A DNA stretch of 64,000 bases from Ranitomeya imitator (Eukaryota): assembly GCF_032444005.1 (NCBI RefSeq), contig NC_091289.1, positions 179,676,001 to 179,740,000 of the forward strand. Direction: 5' to 3'. A program made the translations under genes and the position numbers. The notes below the pieces were generated by a model. The model ran no database searches. It saw only the letters and a program-made list of their open reading frames with translations, and was not told where the DNA came from. Of this stretch, positions 26,536 to 37,900 are shown piece after piece. Numbering within the stretch: the stretch's first letter is position 1; each line of letters begins with the position of its first letter.

Positions 26536-27808
26536 GCGTGTAGGTAAGTACCGGGAGTACCTGTTTTATCCAAGTCTACAAATAAAGGTTTTGCATTTTG
26601 AAATCCCTACCTCAACCTCTGCTCCATTAATAGTAATGCACAGCACTCTGCTATTTCGGGGAGTCCCAGAGATTTCCCCTCTCACCGATCACAGGGAGGC
26701 CCAACCGCTTGACCACCATTCAAGATGAGGAACTAACATCCCATCCTCAGAATTGCTAAACGACCCCCCGACCCCAACAGTCAGACCTCCACCGAACAAT
26801 ATGACAAGATTTGGGGAATAAACCCACAAGAGATGATCTTTGCTGCTGCTCTCCAGATTACCGATAACGACAGCAAGCAGAGATCTTGACCAAGGTGAGG
26901 GATCGCTACAAAGTCCATTTACAAAGTTGCAGAACTTTTCATTGTACATTTGTGAAGCTTTATTTACAGAATGCAGATGACACACGAGGGATCGGTCAGT
27001 TCTATATGATCGTCCCCTTTATGGAGGTAATACAATCTTATGAGTGTATTTATACACAACCCGCCGCACACATCACTAATTAAAGGGGTTTTCCAGGGGA
27101 GAAGAAAAAAAGAAAGTGGAGTTGGGTCTTACTTGCAGGGAATCATGTAAACAAAATGGAAAAAAAAAAAAAAAAGTAAAAAGTCTCCTTGCACTACTAC
27201 ATTGTAGCGAACAGTCAGCTGTGCGATCCCGCAGCTGTTAGACGTGTTTGATCTTCTGTACTTATATAAAAGTGCAGAATCTTTCTCATAACCTTTGCAT
27301 GTCAGTTTCTCAGCGTTTCAGATCTCCACATACTGTCAGTGAATGAAAAGATCCCATCCACAAATACGGAAGTTTGCGGTGACAGTAAACAAAAAACACC
27401 TCGGTCTCCTGCCCTGGAACATTGCAGCATCTCTATTCACATCCAGCAAGCAGAGGAGTGGAAACTGGACAACAAGTTGCACTTTCCTGCTGGGATATTG
27501 GACTGGAAGCTCAGAGGGCAAGAGCAGTCACGTGACGTGGTGTGCTGCCATCAGGGGCCACTCTATGTACCACCTGTACACATGGCTCCTGTGTGACGTC
27601 ACAGCACGGGGTATACACCGCAGGCGGCCTGGCTATGGGAGCATGCATGTATACACAGGCCTCACCGAGGGGCCACAGAGCAAGGGCCCCCGTACACAGG
27701 CAGAGGACGGCTGCACTACTACAACTTGCACCATGTGACCGCCCCTAGACAGGAGCCCACTCACACTCACACAGGCCCCAGCGGCGCCCGTCCCCGCCAC
27801 AGACTCAC

Positions 27809-27945
27809 CCGTTATCGCGCTCACTCTCCGGGCCTCTATCACACCGGGGACCGCCGCTCTCCCTCTAACAGCCGCTGCCCTCTTCCTGCTCCTCACAAAC
27901 CATAACAAAGCGCGCACCAAAATGGCGTCCCCTGGAACCACACCA
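27809..27945 (-). other. First (non-coding) exon of the minus-strand gene, probably GPBP1L1
   Basis: CpG island, donor CGG|GTGAGT at 27808, YY1-type CAAAATGGCG at 27918-27927. No coding exon is in the window, so identity is by synteny with TMEM69/IPP. Confidence 0.6.
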
Positions 27946-28130
27946 TAGAGACGGCCCCTGGGTGTAGAGTGACTGGGGACACGCCTCTCTGTTACTGTCT
28001 GCACGCACAGCGCCACCTGCTGGAACCTGGCGGAAGATGCGGGCGCTGAATTTCAGTGACGTCACCTGATTACGCCATGTTACGACTGGCAGCCGACACG
28101 TCACGACGAGTCACCTGTGTGCTCACATTA
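27900..28130 (-). promoter_or_regulatory. CpG-island promoter of the minus-strand gene
   Basis: YY1 motif 27918-27927, ETS CGGAAG 28031-36, CRE TGACGTCA 28057-64, CpG-rich. Confidence 0.6.
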
Positions 28131-28161
28131 CACGGGGCTTTATGTATAACAAGATGGGTAA

Positions 28162-28883
28162 GGGTACCGTCACACAGTGGCACTTTGATCGCTAGGACGG
28201 CACAATCCGTGACGTTCCAGCGATATCGTTATGATCTCGCTGTGTCTGACACGCTACTGCGATCAGGGACCCCGCTGAGAATCGTACGTCGTAGCAGATC
28301 ATCTGAAACTTTATTTCATCGCTGAATCTCCCGCTGACATCGCTGAATCGGCGTGTGTGACGCTGATTCAGCGATGTCTTCACTGGTAACCAGGGTAAAC
28401 ATCGGGTTACTAAGCGCAGGGCCGCGCTTAGTAACCCGATGTTTACCCTGGTTACCAGCGTAAACGTAAAAAAAAACAAACACTGCATACTTACCTTCAG
28501 CTGTCTGTCCCCAGCGCTGTGCTTCTCTGCACTCGTCCTGCATCCTGTGTCACCGCCGGCCAGCCAGAAAGCACAGCGGTGACGTCACCGCTCTGCTTTA
28601 CGGCTGACCGGCGCTGACAGTGCAGAGGAGAGCACAGCGCCGGAGGACAGACACGGAATAAAGTATGTAATGTTTGTTTTTTTTACGTTTACGCTGGTAA
28701 CCAGGGTAAACATCGGGTTACTAAGCGCGGCCCTGCGCTTAGTAACCCGATGTTTACCCTGGTTACCAGGGGACTTCGGGATCGTTGGTCGCTGGAGAGC
28801 TGTCTGCGTGACAGCTCTCCAGCGACGCTGCAGCAATCGACATCGTCATATCGCTGCAGCGTCGTTTCAGTGTGACAGTACCC
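28162..28883. mobile_element. Harbinger-type MITE, double-hairpin core (arms D + A)
   Basis: TIRs GGGTACCGTCACAC / GTGTGACAGTACCC, TAA/TTA flanks, perfect hairpin 28385-28456. Confidence 0.85.
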
Positions 28884-29504
28884 TTAGATACAGCGACTTA
28901 GATGCAGGGGCTGCAATCGCACTAGGCCCTGGAGCCTAGGGGGCCCAAGAGTCTATGTGGCCTATGTGAAAAGACCAACACTGTTAAAGAAGCGCTCCTC
29001 CTCCCATCAGTTTCTATCCTCTTAATATATTGCAATCCTCATAGTATATAGCACTGTCTAGTTACAATTGCTGGTTTTGCCTTTCCCTCAGCTAATTCGT
29101 CTCTTTGCCCTGTAGAAACAGGAAGTCTCTTGTCCCCACAAAAATCATTCCCGCCTTCAACTCCAGACCCAGCTGCTCCCTCCTTTCCTCTCCCTTGACT
29201 TTTGCAGTGACTCATGACTCACGCAGGGAAAATTGACCTCCTGATACACAGCAGCTTTCCAGACTCCTGAGGTCTCTTTATCAGGTATAACAAAGGATCT
29301 GAAGAAAGATAAATATATACACAGAGCAGGGAGGGCAGAATAAATGGACAATTACAAAAACAAGCTGAGCTCAGAGGGAATCCTTAATTAGTTTAGATAA
29401 GTGGTGAGAAAGTTTTAGTGTCCCAGTTTCCATGTGAGATCTGATGTCGTCTGTCTCTGGAGCAGATTCCTCAGGTTGTCCACTTCTTTAGCATTGATGA
29501 TTTA

Positions 29505-30232
29505 AGGTACCTTCACACATAACGATATTGTTAACGATATCGTTGCTATTTGTGACGTAGCAACGATATCGTTAATGAAATCGTTATGTGTGACAGCGAC
29601 CAACGATCAGGCCCCTGCTGGGAGATCGTTGGTCGCTGAATAAAGTCCAGAACTTTATTTCGTCGCTGGATCTCCCTGGAGACATCGCTGGATCGGCGTG
29701 TGTGACACCGATTCAGCGATGTCTTCACTGGTAACCAGGGTAAACATCGGGTAACTAAGCGCAGGGCCGCGCTTAGTAACCCGATGTTTACCCTGGTTAC
29801 CATGCTAAAAGTAAAAAAAAACAAACACTAGATACTTACCTACCGCTGTCTGTCCTCCAGCGCTGCGCTCTGCACTCCTCCTGTACTGGCTGTGAGCCGG
29901 AAAGCAGAGCGGTGACGTCACCGCTCTGCTTTCCGGCTCCCAGACAGTACAGGAGGAGAGCAGAGAAGCAGAGCGCAGCGCTGGAGGACAGACAGCGGTA
30001 GGTAAGTATCTAGTGTTTGTTTTTTTTTACTTTTAGCATGGTAACCAGGGTAAACATCGGGTTACTAAGCGCGGCCCTGCGCTTAGTTACCCGATGTTTA
30101 CCCTGGTTACCGACATCGTTGGTTGCTGGAGAGCGGTCTGTGTGACAGCTCTCCAGCGACCAAACAGCGACGCTGCAGCGATTCCGATCGTTGTCGGTAT
30201 CGCTGCAGCGTCGCTAAATGTGAATGGGGCCT
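29505..30232. mobile_element. Harbinger-type MITE, double-hairpin core (arms B + A)
   Basis: AGGTACCTTCACAC left end, TSD TTA/TTA, two hairpins. Confidence 0.88.
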
Positions 30233-30608
30233 TTAGCCTAAAGGAAAGGTCTGATCGGTGGGGGTCCACCACCTGGTACCCCCGCCGATCAGCTGTCATC
30301 GGTGGCGGCAGCCGCCGGTGAGAAGGACTCGCTTGCCGAGCTGCTCCATCTTCTGATAGTGGTTACTGCAGGGTACTACATATCTGCCCCAAATTGATGG
30401 GAATAAGAGGCGAATCTCTAGTACCAAGCCTCGGCCACTATCAGAAGACGGAGCAGCTCAGCAAGCGAGCACTTCCAGCCGGCGACCACCAACACCGATA
30501 ACAGCTGGTCGCGGGGTTGCTGGATGTCAGACCCTGCGGCCACTCAGACACTGATCACCTAGCCTAAGGGTAGGTCATCAATGCTAAAGTAGTGGACAAC
30601 CTCTTTAA

Positions 30609-30780
30609 GGCCAGGTTCACACTTGCGAGTGCGATGTGAGAAACTCGCACGAGTCTCTCGCATCAATACCCGGCGGCAGTGTGCGGCTCTATGTATTTCT
30701 ATGCTGGTGGCAGTGCCGGGTATTGATGCGAGAGACTCGGGCAAGTTTCTCGCATTGCACTCGCAAGTGTAACATCGGCC
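30609..30780. mobile_element. Small palindromic Harbinger-type MITE (172 bp)
   Basis: GGCCAGGTTCACACTTGCGAG...GCAAGTGTAACATCGGCC, TSD TAA/TAA. Confidence 0.75.
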
Positions 30781-31149
30781 TAAGTCATAAATCCTTGTAA
30801 CAGATTTCGTCTTGTGTGAAGGGTATCAGAGACTCTTACATTTATATTCCCATACCCTTCAGTGTTGTTGTGAAGTTGCCTGTTAATATGCCAACTTTCA
30901 TATTGTTTATGTTGTGTCCTGGAGCACAGAAACGTTTGACATCTACACTAGGTCCCTCCCCGAGGTGCCATCATCGCCACCCTGAATGTGGAATTCCCAC
31001 ACATCCCACATGAAGATGATGAAGATGGACGAGCCTCCCGGCAAAATGGCTTTGGAAGCTAATGGGATCCCTTCTGAGTCAGAAGACTCACCAGGTTTAT
31101 CCTCATACATAACGTCTTCTCTGTTGGTGAGGAGTGATACCTACAACTC

Positions 31150-31548
31150 ACCGGAACTGCTATGGGCATCACGATGGCGCCCCAGTATGCCAGCCTTTTC
31201 ATGGCAAAACTAGAAAGTGACTTTTTAGTATCCTGCTCCATCAAACCTTTGCCCTATTTCTGTTACACCTAGGACATCTTATTAATCTGGACTAAGTGTG
31301 AACAATAGATAAAATTCCATGACAGATTCATTTCATCCCTCCGTAAACTTGACGTTGGACCACTCAAATGCAGAAATCAGCATTCTAGATATCACCATAA
31401 AAAACAAAATTGTTCAACACAGACATTGGTGTATTGGAAACCAACTGAGCGGACCACAGATGGGACAGCTCCCACCCAATTCATTGTCTACAGCCGGACC
31501 CTCAGACATAATCGTATCTGCTCCAGAGCAACAGTCAGTGATGTACAC
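31150..31548 (+). pseudogene. Penelope-like element reverse transcriptase fragment
   Basis: Reads GTAMG..MAPQYASLFMAKLESDFL..KPL.YF.Y.*DILLIW..FHPSVNLTL..ISILDITI..IVYS..R.NRICS, with stops and frameshifts. Confidence 0.8.
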
Positions 31549-33739
31549 TTAAAGGGAACCTGTACTGAGTAACCTACAGACAGTGTCAGGTTGTCGCCAT
31601 TATACTGATTACAATGATACCTTGGTTGCTGAAATCCATCTTGTGGTTGTTGTTTAATCCATCTTAAGATGGCGCCAGTGACGGCTCCAGTGCAGCAGCA
31701 TCATTCGGAACGTGATAGACCATACTGCACAGGTCCCGCTGCCGGCGCTATATTGATGGAGCCAAATTTTTTCTCTACCAAAATGGAGCCGGCAGCGGGA
31801 CCTGCATATTATAGATTGAATCATGCTACAGCACCGGCACCTGCATGAGGAATGTAATTTTTTTTCCTTCAAACAATAAGATATGCAGTATGTAAACTAG
31901 GGGCAGGTCAGAGAGGGATCAGTAACCTGCCAAAAGCCATACACATGAATACCTAATCAGAGCACCGCATGAAGACCCCCCACAAGACCACACCGGAGCA
32001 CGAGCATATCAATAACTCAAAACTGAACATAAGGATTAAAGGGAACCTGTCACCCTCAAAATCAAAGGTGAGCTAAGCCCACCGGCATCAGGGGCGTATC
32101 TACAGCATTCTGGAATGCTGTAGATAAGCCCCCGATGTATCCTGAAAGATGAGAAAAACAGGTTAGATTATCTCTCCCAGGGTGGTCCCGCTGCGGTCCG
32201 GTCAGATGGGTGTCGCGGTCCGGGGCCTCCCATCTTCATCACATGATGTCCTCTTCTGGTCTTCTTGTTGCGGCTCCGGCGCAGGCGTACTTTGTCCTGT
32301 TGAGGGCATAGTAAAGTACTGCAGTGCGCAGACGCTGGGTCTCTCTGAACTTTCCCAGCGCCTGCGCACTGCAGTACTTTGCTCTACCCTCAACAGGACA
32401 AAGTATGCCTGCGCCGGAGCCGCAGCGTGAAGACCAGAAGAAGACGTCATCGTAACAAGATGGGAGGCCCCGGACCGGACCGCGACACCCATCTGACCGG
32501 ACCGCAGCGGGACCACCCCTGAGTGAGTATAATCTCACCTCTTTTTCTCATCTTTCAGGAAACATTGGGGGCTTATCTACAGCATTCCAGAATGCTGTAG
32601 ATAAGGGCCCCGTCACACTTAGCGACGCTAAAGCGATCCCGACAACGATACGACCTGTCAGGGATCGTTGCTGCGTCGCTATGTGGTCGCTGGTGAGATG
32701 TCAAACAGTGCGATCTCCCCAACGACGCAGCAGCGATGCGGCGACCAGTAGCGACCTGCACAACGATGTCGTTGTGACCCTGTCACATGGCAGCTATTAT
32801 GACGATTCAGACCTCGATGAGGGACGTCCTGTGTGACGTTGTAGTCACACAGGCGTGCATTTGCGTTGCCTTTTCCGCGCCCATTCAGTTCTGATTGGTG
32901 GTCGCTACTGCGTTCTGATTGGTGGCGGCCTTGCCAAATAAATTAAGGAAAAATGAAAACGCATTTGAGACCCCAAACGATACCTACCGTGCACAAAATA
33001 TAGGTGTCAGAAGAACCGTTGAATAATAGATAAATCGAAGAGGAGTCGCAGGCCGGAGAACTCTACAACAATCTGCAAACCACCACGCGGTCAGGAACAA
33101 AGGATGGAAGCGCTACTATGTCGCCTTCTGTTGAAGGCATGACCGCCAATCAGAACGCAGTAGCGACCACCAATCGGAGTGGAGGGGTGCGGAAAAGGCA
33201 ACGCAAATGCACGCCTATGTGTCGGTGTCTGAGTCGTCAACGAGGTCGTTGGTAAGGTGTCAAACACAGCGATGTGTGCTACCCAGCGGGACCTCAACGA
33301 CCAAAAAAACAGGATTTTTGGTTGCTTACCGTAAAATCTGTTTCTTGAAGCCTCCATTGGGGGACACAGGAACCATGGGGTGTATGCTGCTGCCACTAGG
33401 AGGCTGACACTATGCAAATAAAAAAGTTAGCTCCTCCTCTGCAGTATACACCCCACCGACTGGCATTATACTCTTCAGTTAGTGAGAAAGCAGTAGGAGA
33501 TAAGTAGCAAGGTTGAAAACCATAACCACAAACTTGAGAACTGTAAACGTGAGAACAGTCATAGAACAGAAGAATTGGGAGGGAGCTGTGTCCCCCAATG
33601 GAGGCTTCAAGAAACAGATTTTACGGTAAGCAACCAAAAATCCTGTTTTCTTTATCGCCTCTCATTGGGGGACACAGGAACCATGGGACGTCCCAAAGCA
33701 GTCCCTAGGGCGGGAAAAACAGACTTCCATCAGGTCAGA

Positions 33740-34700
33740 GGACTCACCACTGCCGCCTGCAAGATCCTTCTGCCTAGGCTGGCGTCCGCCGAAGCGTAGG
33801 TATGGACCTTGTAAAATTTGGCGAACGTGTGGATGGAAGACCAAGTTGCCACTTTGCAAAGCTGTTAGGCGGAAACCCTGTGGTGCACCGCCCAGGAGGC
33901 GCCCACTGCCCGGGTAGAGTGAGCCTTAATCCCAGGAGGGGGCACTCTGTTCTTGACCCGGTAAGCCTCCAAAAATTGCCATTCTGATCCAGCGAGCAAT
34001 AGTCGCTTTAGAAGTCGGCTGGCCTCTGCGCGTGCCATCAGGAATGACGAAAAAGGAATCCGTCTTCCGGAAAGTGGACGTTCTATCCCGGTAGATCCTC
34101 TCTGCCCTGACGAGGTCCAGCCTGTTCAACGATCACTCCAGGGGATGAGCCGGAGCTGGACAAAAGGAAGGTAGAACGATGACCTCGTCAAGGTGGAAAA
34201 CCACCTTAGGAAGGCAGGAAGGCGGAGGCATGAAGACCGCCTTGTCCTGGTGAATGTCCAAGTACGGAGGTCAGCAGGACAGGGCCGCCAACTCGGAAAA
34301 GCGGCAGATAAAGGAGATGGCCACAAGAAAGGCCACCCTCAAAGATAGAACCGACAGGGGAAACTCCTTGAGAGGCTCAAAGGGGGAAACCCTCAGAACG
34401 TCCAGAACCAGGTTTAAATCCCATGAAACCATGGGGGCCCTGTACGGAGGGAAAGCGTGGGCTACTCCTTGAAGGAAGGTCTTAACCTATGGCCGAAAAG
34501 CTACAGTCTTCTGAAAGAGGATGGAAGACGCAGAGACCTGGCCCTTCCGGGAACTAAGAGCCAGGCCCGAATCCAGTCCTGCCTGAAGGAAGGCCAAAAT
34601 GGAAGGCAGGGAAAAGGACATAGGTGAAAAGCAGTTGGACTAGCACCAACGAAGGTAAGCCTTCCAGGTACGATAGTAGATCCTGGAAGATGAAAGCTTC
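33740..34700 (-). pseudogene. DIRS1 tyrosine recombinase (stops and frameshifts)
   Basis: R..SEL, AHSTR and TFAKFYK catalytic-type motifs; WDLNLVL, SKATIARWIR. Confidence 0.85.
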
Positions 34701-36420
34701 CGAGCCTGAATCACGGTGTGAATCACCCGGTCCGAAAGGCCGGACGCTCTTAGAACTGCGGTCTCAACAGCCACGCCGTTAAACTGAGCGACCGAGAATT
34801 CGGGTGGCAGATCGGACCCTGAGACAGCAGATCGTGCCTGTTTGGAAGGCGCCAGGGAGCGTCCGCAAGAAGATTGACGAGCTCCGCAAACCAAGCTCTC
34901 CTGGACCAATCCGGGGCGATCAGAATGACCGGCACCTTTTCCACTTTGATCTTTTTCAACAGTTTGGGAAGTAATGGAAGGGGTGGGAACAGGTAGGGCA
35001 GCACGAACTGTGACCCAGGAATGGCCAGAGCATTGACGCCCACTGCAAGAGGATCGCGAGACCTGGAGATGAACTGCAGAATCTTCCTGTTCATTCAAGA
35101 CGCCGAGAGATCCACGTCCGGAGTCCCCCATCGAAGAAAAATCTTGATGGAAGACCTCCGGATGCAAGGACCATTCCCCTGCCACGAGGCCCTCGCGGCT
35201 GAGGAAGTCGGCGGCCCAATTGTCCACGCCGGGGATATGCCCTGTGGATAACACCGGAACCGTCGTCTCTGCCCAAAGCAGGATCTCGGATACCTCAGCA
35301 AGGGCCAAGGAGCACAGAGTCCCCCCCTTGATGGTTGACATATGCCACAGCAGTGGCGTTGTCAGTCTGGATCCGGATAGGCAGACCCCTGAGAATCCTT
35401 TCCCAGTGGTGGAGGGACAGAAAAAGGTGGCCCGAATCTCGAGTACATTGATCGGCAGAGACGACTCCTGCGCCGACCAACGGCCCTGAACCGTGCGGTG
35501 GCGAAAAAACCGCACCCCAGCCGAGGAGGCTGGCGTCCGTCGTCACCACTTACCAGGAACTGGAAAGAAGGACCTGCCCTGGGAGATGAGAGGTGACATC
35601 AGCCACCAGTTGAGAGACCGTTTGACCCGAGAAGAGTCGGATCGGACGGACCAGGGCGAAGACAGACCTGTCACACTGAGACAGAATGGCATGCTGAAAG
35701 GGTCGCGAATGAAACTGGGCGAAGGGAATCGCTTCCAATGTTGATACCATCCTCCCCAGAACCTTCATGGCCGATCGGAGGGAGGGAGGCCGAGGACCCT
35801 GGAGCAAGCGTATGTCCCGACATAGAGAGGATCTCTTGTCTATGGGAAGGAAGACTTTGGTCTAACAAGTGTCGAAGAGCATGCCCAGAAAAATGATGCG
35901 CTGAGAAGGAATAAGGCAGGACTTCTTCCGGTTGACCAGCCACCCAAAACGGCTAGGGTGTCGAGAACGACGGACAGACTTTCGTGAGCCTGAGAAAAGG
36001 ACAGAGCCTTGATGAGGATGTCGTCGAGGAATGGAAAAAGGACCAGGCCTCTGACTCTGAAGATGGCCAACAGCGCCGCCATGATCTTCGTGAATACCCT
36101 TGGAGCGGTTGTGGGACCGAACGGCAGGGCAACGGATTGAAAATGTACCGGGAGCACCGCAAAGCGCAGGAATCGGTGACGTCCAGGAAATATCGGGACA
36201 TGGAGGTAGGCGTCCTGAATATCTATGGAACACAGAAATTCTTGAGCCTGCATGGGAGCAATTATTGAACGAAGGGATTCCATCCCGAAGTGTCTCAGAC
36301 GAACTCTCCTGTTCAGTAATCTGAGGTCCAGAATGGGGCGAACCTTGCCGTCTTTTTTTTTTTTTTTTTGGTACCACAAAAAGGTTCGAGTAGAAACCTG
36401 TGAACCGTTATTTCCCTGGG
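34700..36420 (-). pseudogene. DIRS1 pol: reverse transcriptase, RNase H and DAM-like methyltransferase domains (frameshifted)
   Basis: RPILDLR, SIDIQDAYLHVPI, LPFG..TAPRVFTK, FLDDILI (RT); TTDASLLGWGA, INVLEIRA, TDNATAVAY (RNase H); YLFPP, VILIAPDW (MT). Confidence 0.88.
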
Positions 36421-36699
36421 ACGGGAACGATTTCCCCGGCCTTGAGAAGAGAAGCGATGGCTGCGAGGAAACCTGGGAGGTGGGTTGGAGTCTTGTCAGA
36501 GTCATGCTGAGGTGGATCTTCCAGTCCTGGCCTGGAGGATCTACCCGGGGAGTAGCGAGGACGCCAGGACGGAGTGGGCCTAAAGGGCACCGCTTTCTTC
36601 TCTTGACGTGCCTGTGGACTCTGGTGCTGCTGAGAAAAGGAGGTTGGTGCCGTGAGGCGATGAAAAAAAAAAAAAAAAGGCCGAAAAGACCGAAACTGC

Positions 36700-37900
36700 C
36701 GTCTAGGAGGAGGGCGACGAGGATTAGCCTGGGGGAGAGGGGACTTGTACCCCCGGTGGCGTCCTTAATGATTTGGTCCAGCTTGGAACCAAAGAGACGT
36801 GAGCCCTGAAAGGAGAGACTGGTGCGGGAACATAAGTCTGCCCCCCAGGCCTTGAGCCAAAACGGTCCGGCGGATGGTAACGGCATTGCTGGACGCCTGA
36901 GCCGCACAAGACGCGGCATCCAGAGAGACGGAGACCAGGTATTCACTCGCGTGGGAAATCTGGATGGCAAACTCCGCCAGTTGCTCAGGAGGCGCTCTGT
37001 CCAGGATATCTCGACGGAGCTCTTTGGCCCATTTGGAAAGGGATTTCGAAACCCAGGTGGAAGCAAAAACTGGGCATTTGAAGCGGCTGCAGCTGCCTCA
37101 AAGGCTGACTTCGCAAAGGACTCTATAACTATCGTTAAAGTCCTTTAGGGCTGCTCCGCCGGACAGTGGAAGCACCGTGTTGGTGGAGAGCCTGGAAACG
37201 GGGATCCACCGAGGGGGAGACCGTCCAATTGGCAGTAAGTTCTGGAGAAAAACTTAGGTGGTATAGCCCGTCTAAACGAAACCGCCTGATCTGCGGGTTC
37301 TGTAGAGGGATCCATAATGCCACAGGTTTGGTTTATAGCTCCAATGAGATTCTGGACCATATCCCTCATGGTGGCGATTTGGTTAGAATCCAGCTCCGAA
37401 ATGTCCTCCGAGGGCTCATCAGATAACGCCTCGCCTGATTCAGGGGAGAAGGATCGGGAGGACGCCGACCGCAGAGGAGGACCGTGTGGCGAGATGGAGC
37501 GAGAAGAGGACTCAGACCGATGTTCCTGTCTGGACCTTTTGCGGCTTATCAAGGAGGGCTCGGGCGGAGGCTCCTGCAACCCGCTGGCCACTGTGGGGGC
37601 TGCGGAGGTAATCGGTCCAGCACGGATAACAGAAATTTTGAGACACCCACATTAGGTCGGCCACCGATAGAGACAGAGAGAAAACCCAGCCTGGGATGGG
37701 GGTATCACTCTCGGGCGGACCGGCCGGAGGATCCTGGGCGGTGGGAACAATCGGGTTGCTGCAGGCCTGACAGAGCGGAGAGGCAGAAGAGGATGAAGTA
37801 GGAGGAAGAGAGCGGCCCCCTTTAGAGTTAGACATTTTAGAGAGGTCCGTGAAGAAAATGCAAGAGGGTTAGGGGACAGAGGGGAGTGTCAGTCTGCAAT
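36700..37900 (-). pseudogene. DIRS1 gag-like/ORF1 remnant
   Basis: Located 5' of pol inside the DIRS boundaries; low-complexity S/R/P-rich fragments and LFGSKLDQIIKDATGG. Confidence 0.55.

Noticed and set aside
12494-30321. Recurrent short ORFs such as MFTLVT... and MVTRVNIGLLSAALRLVTRC...
   Set aside because: They arise from the palindromic MITE core on both strands; no coding signature
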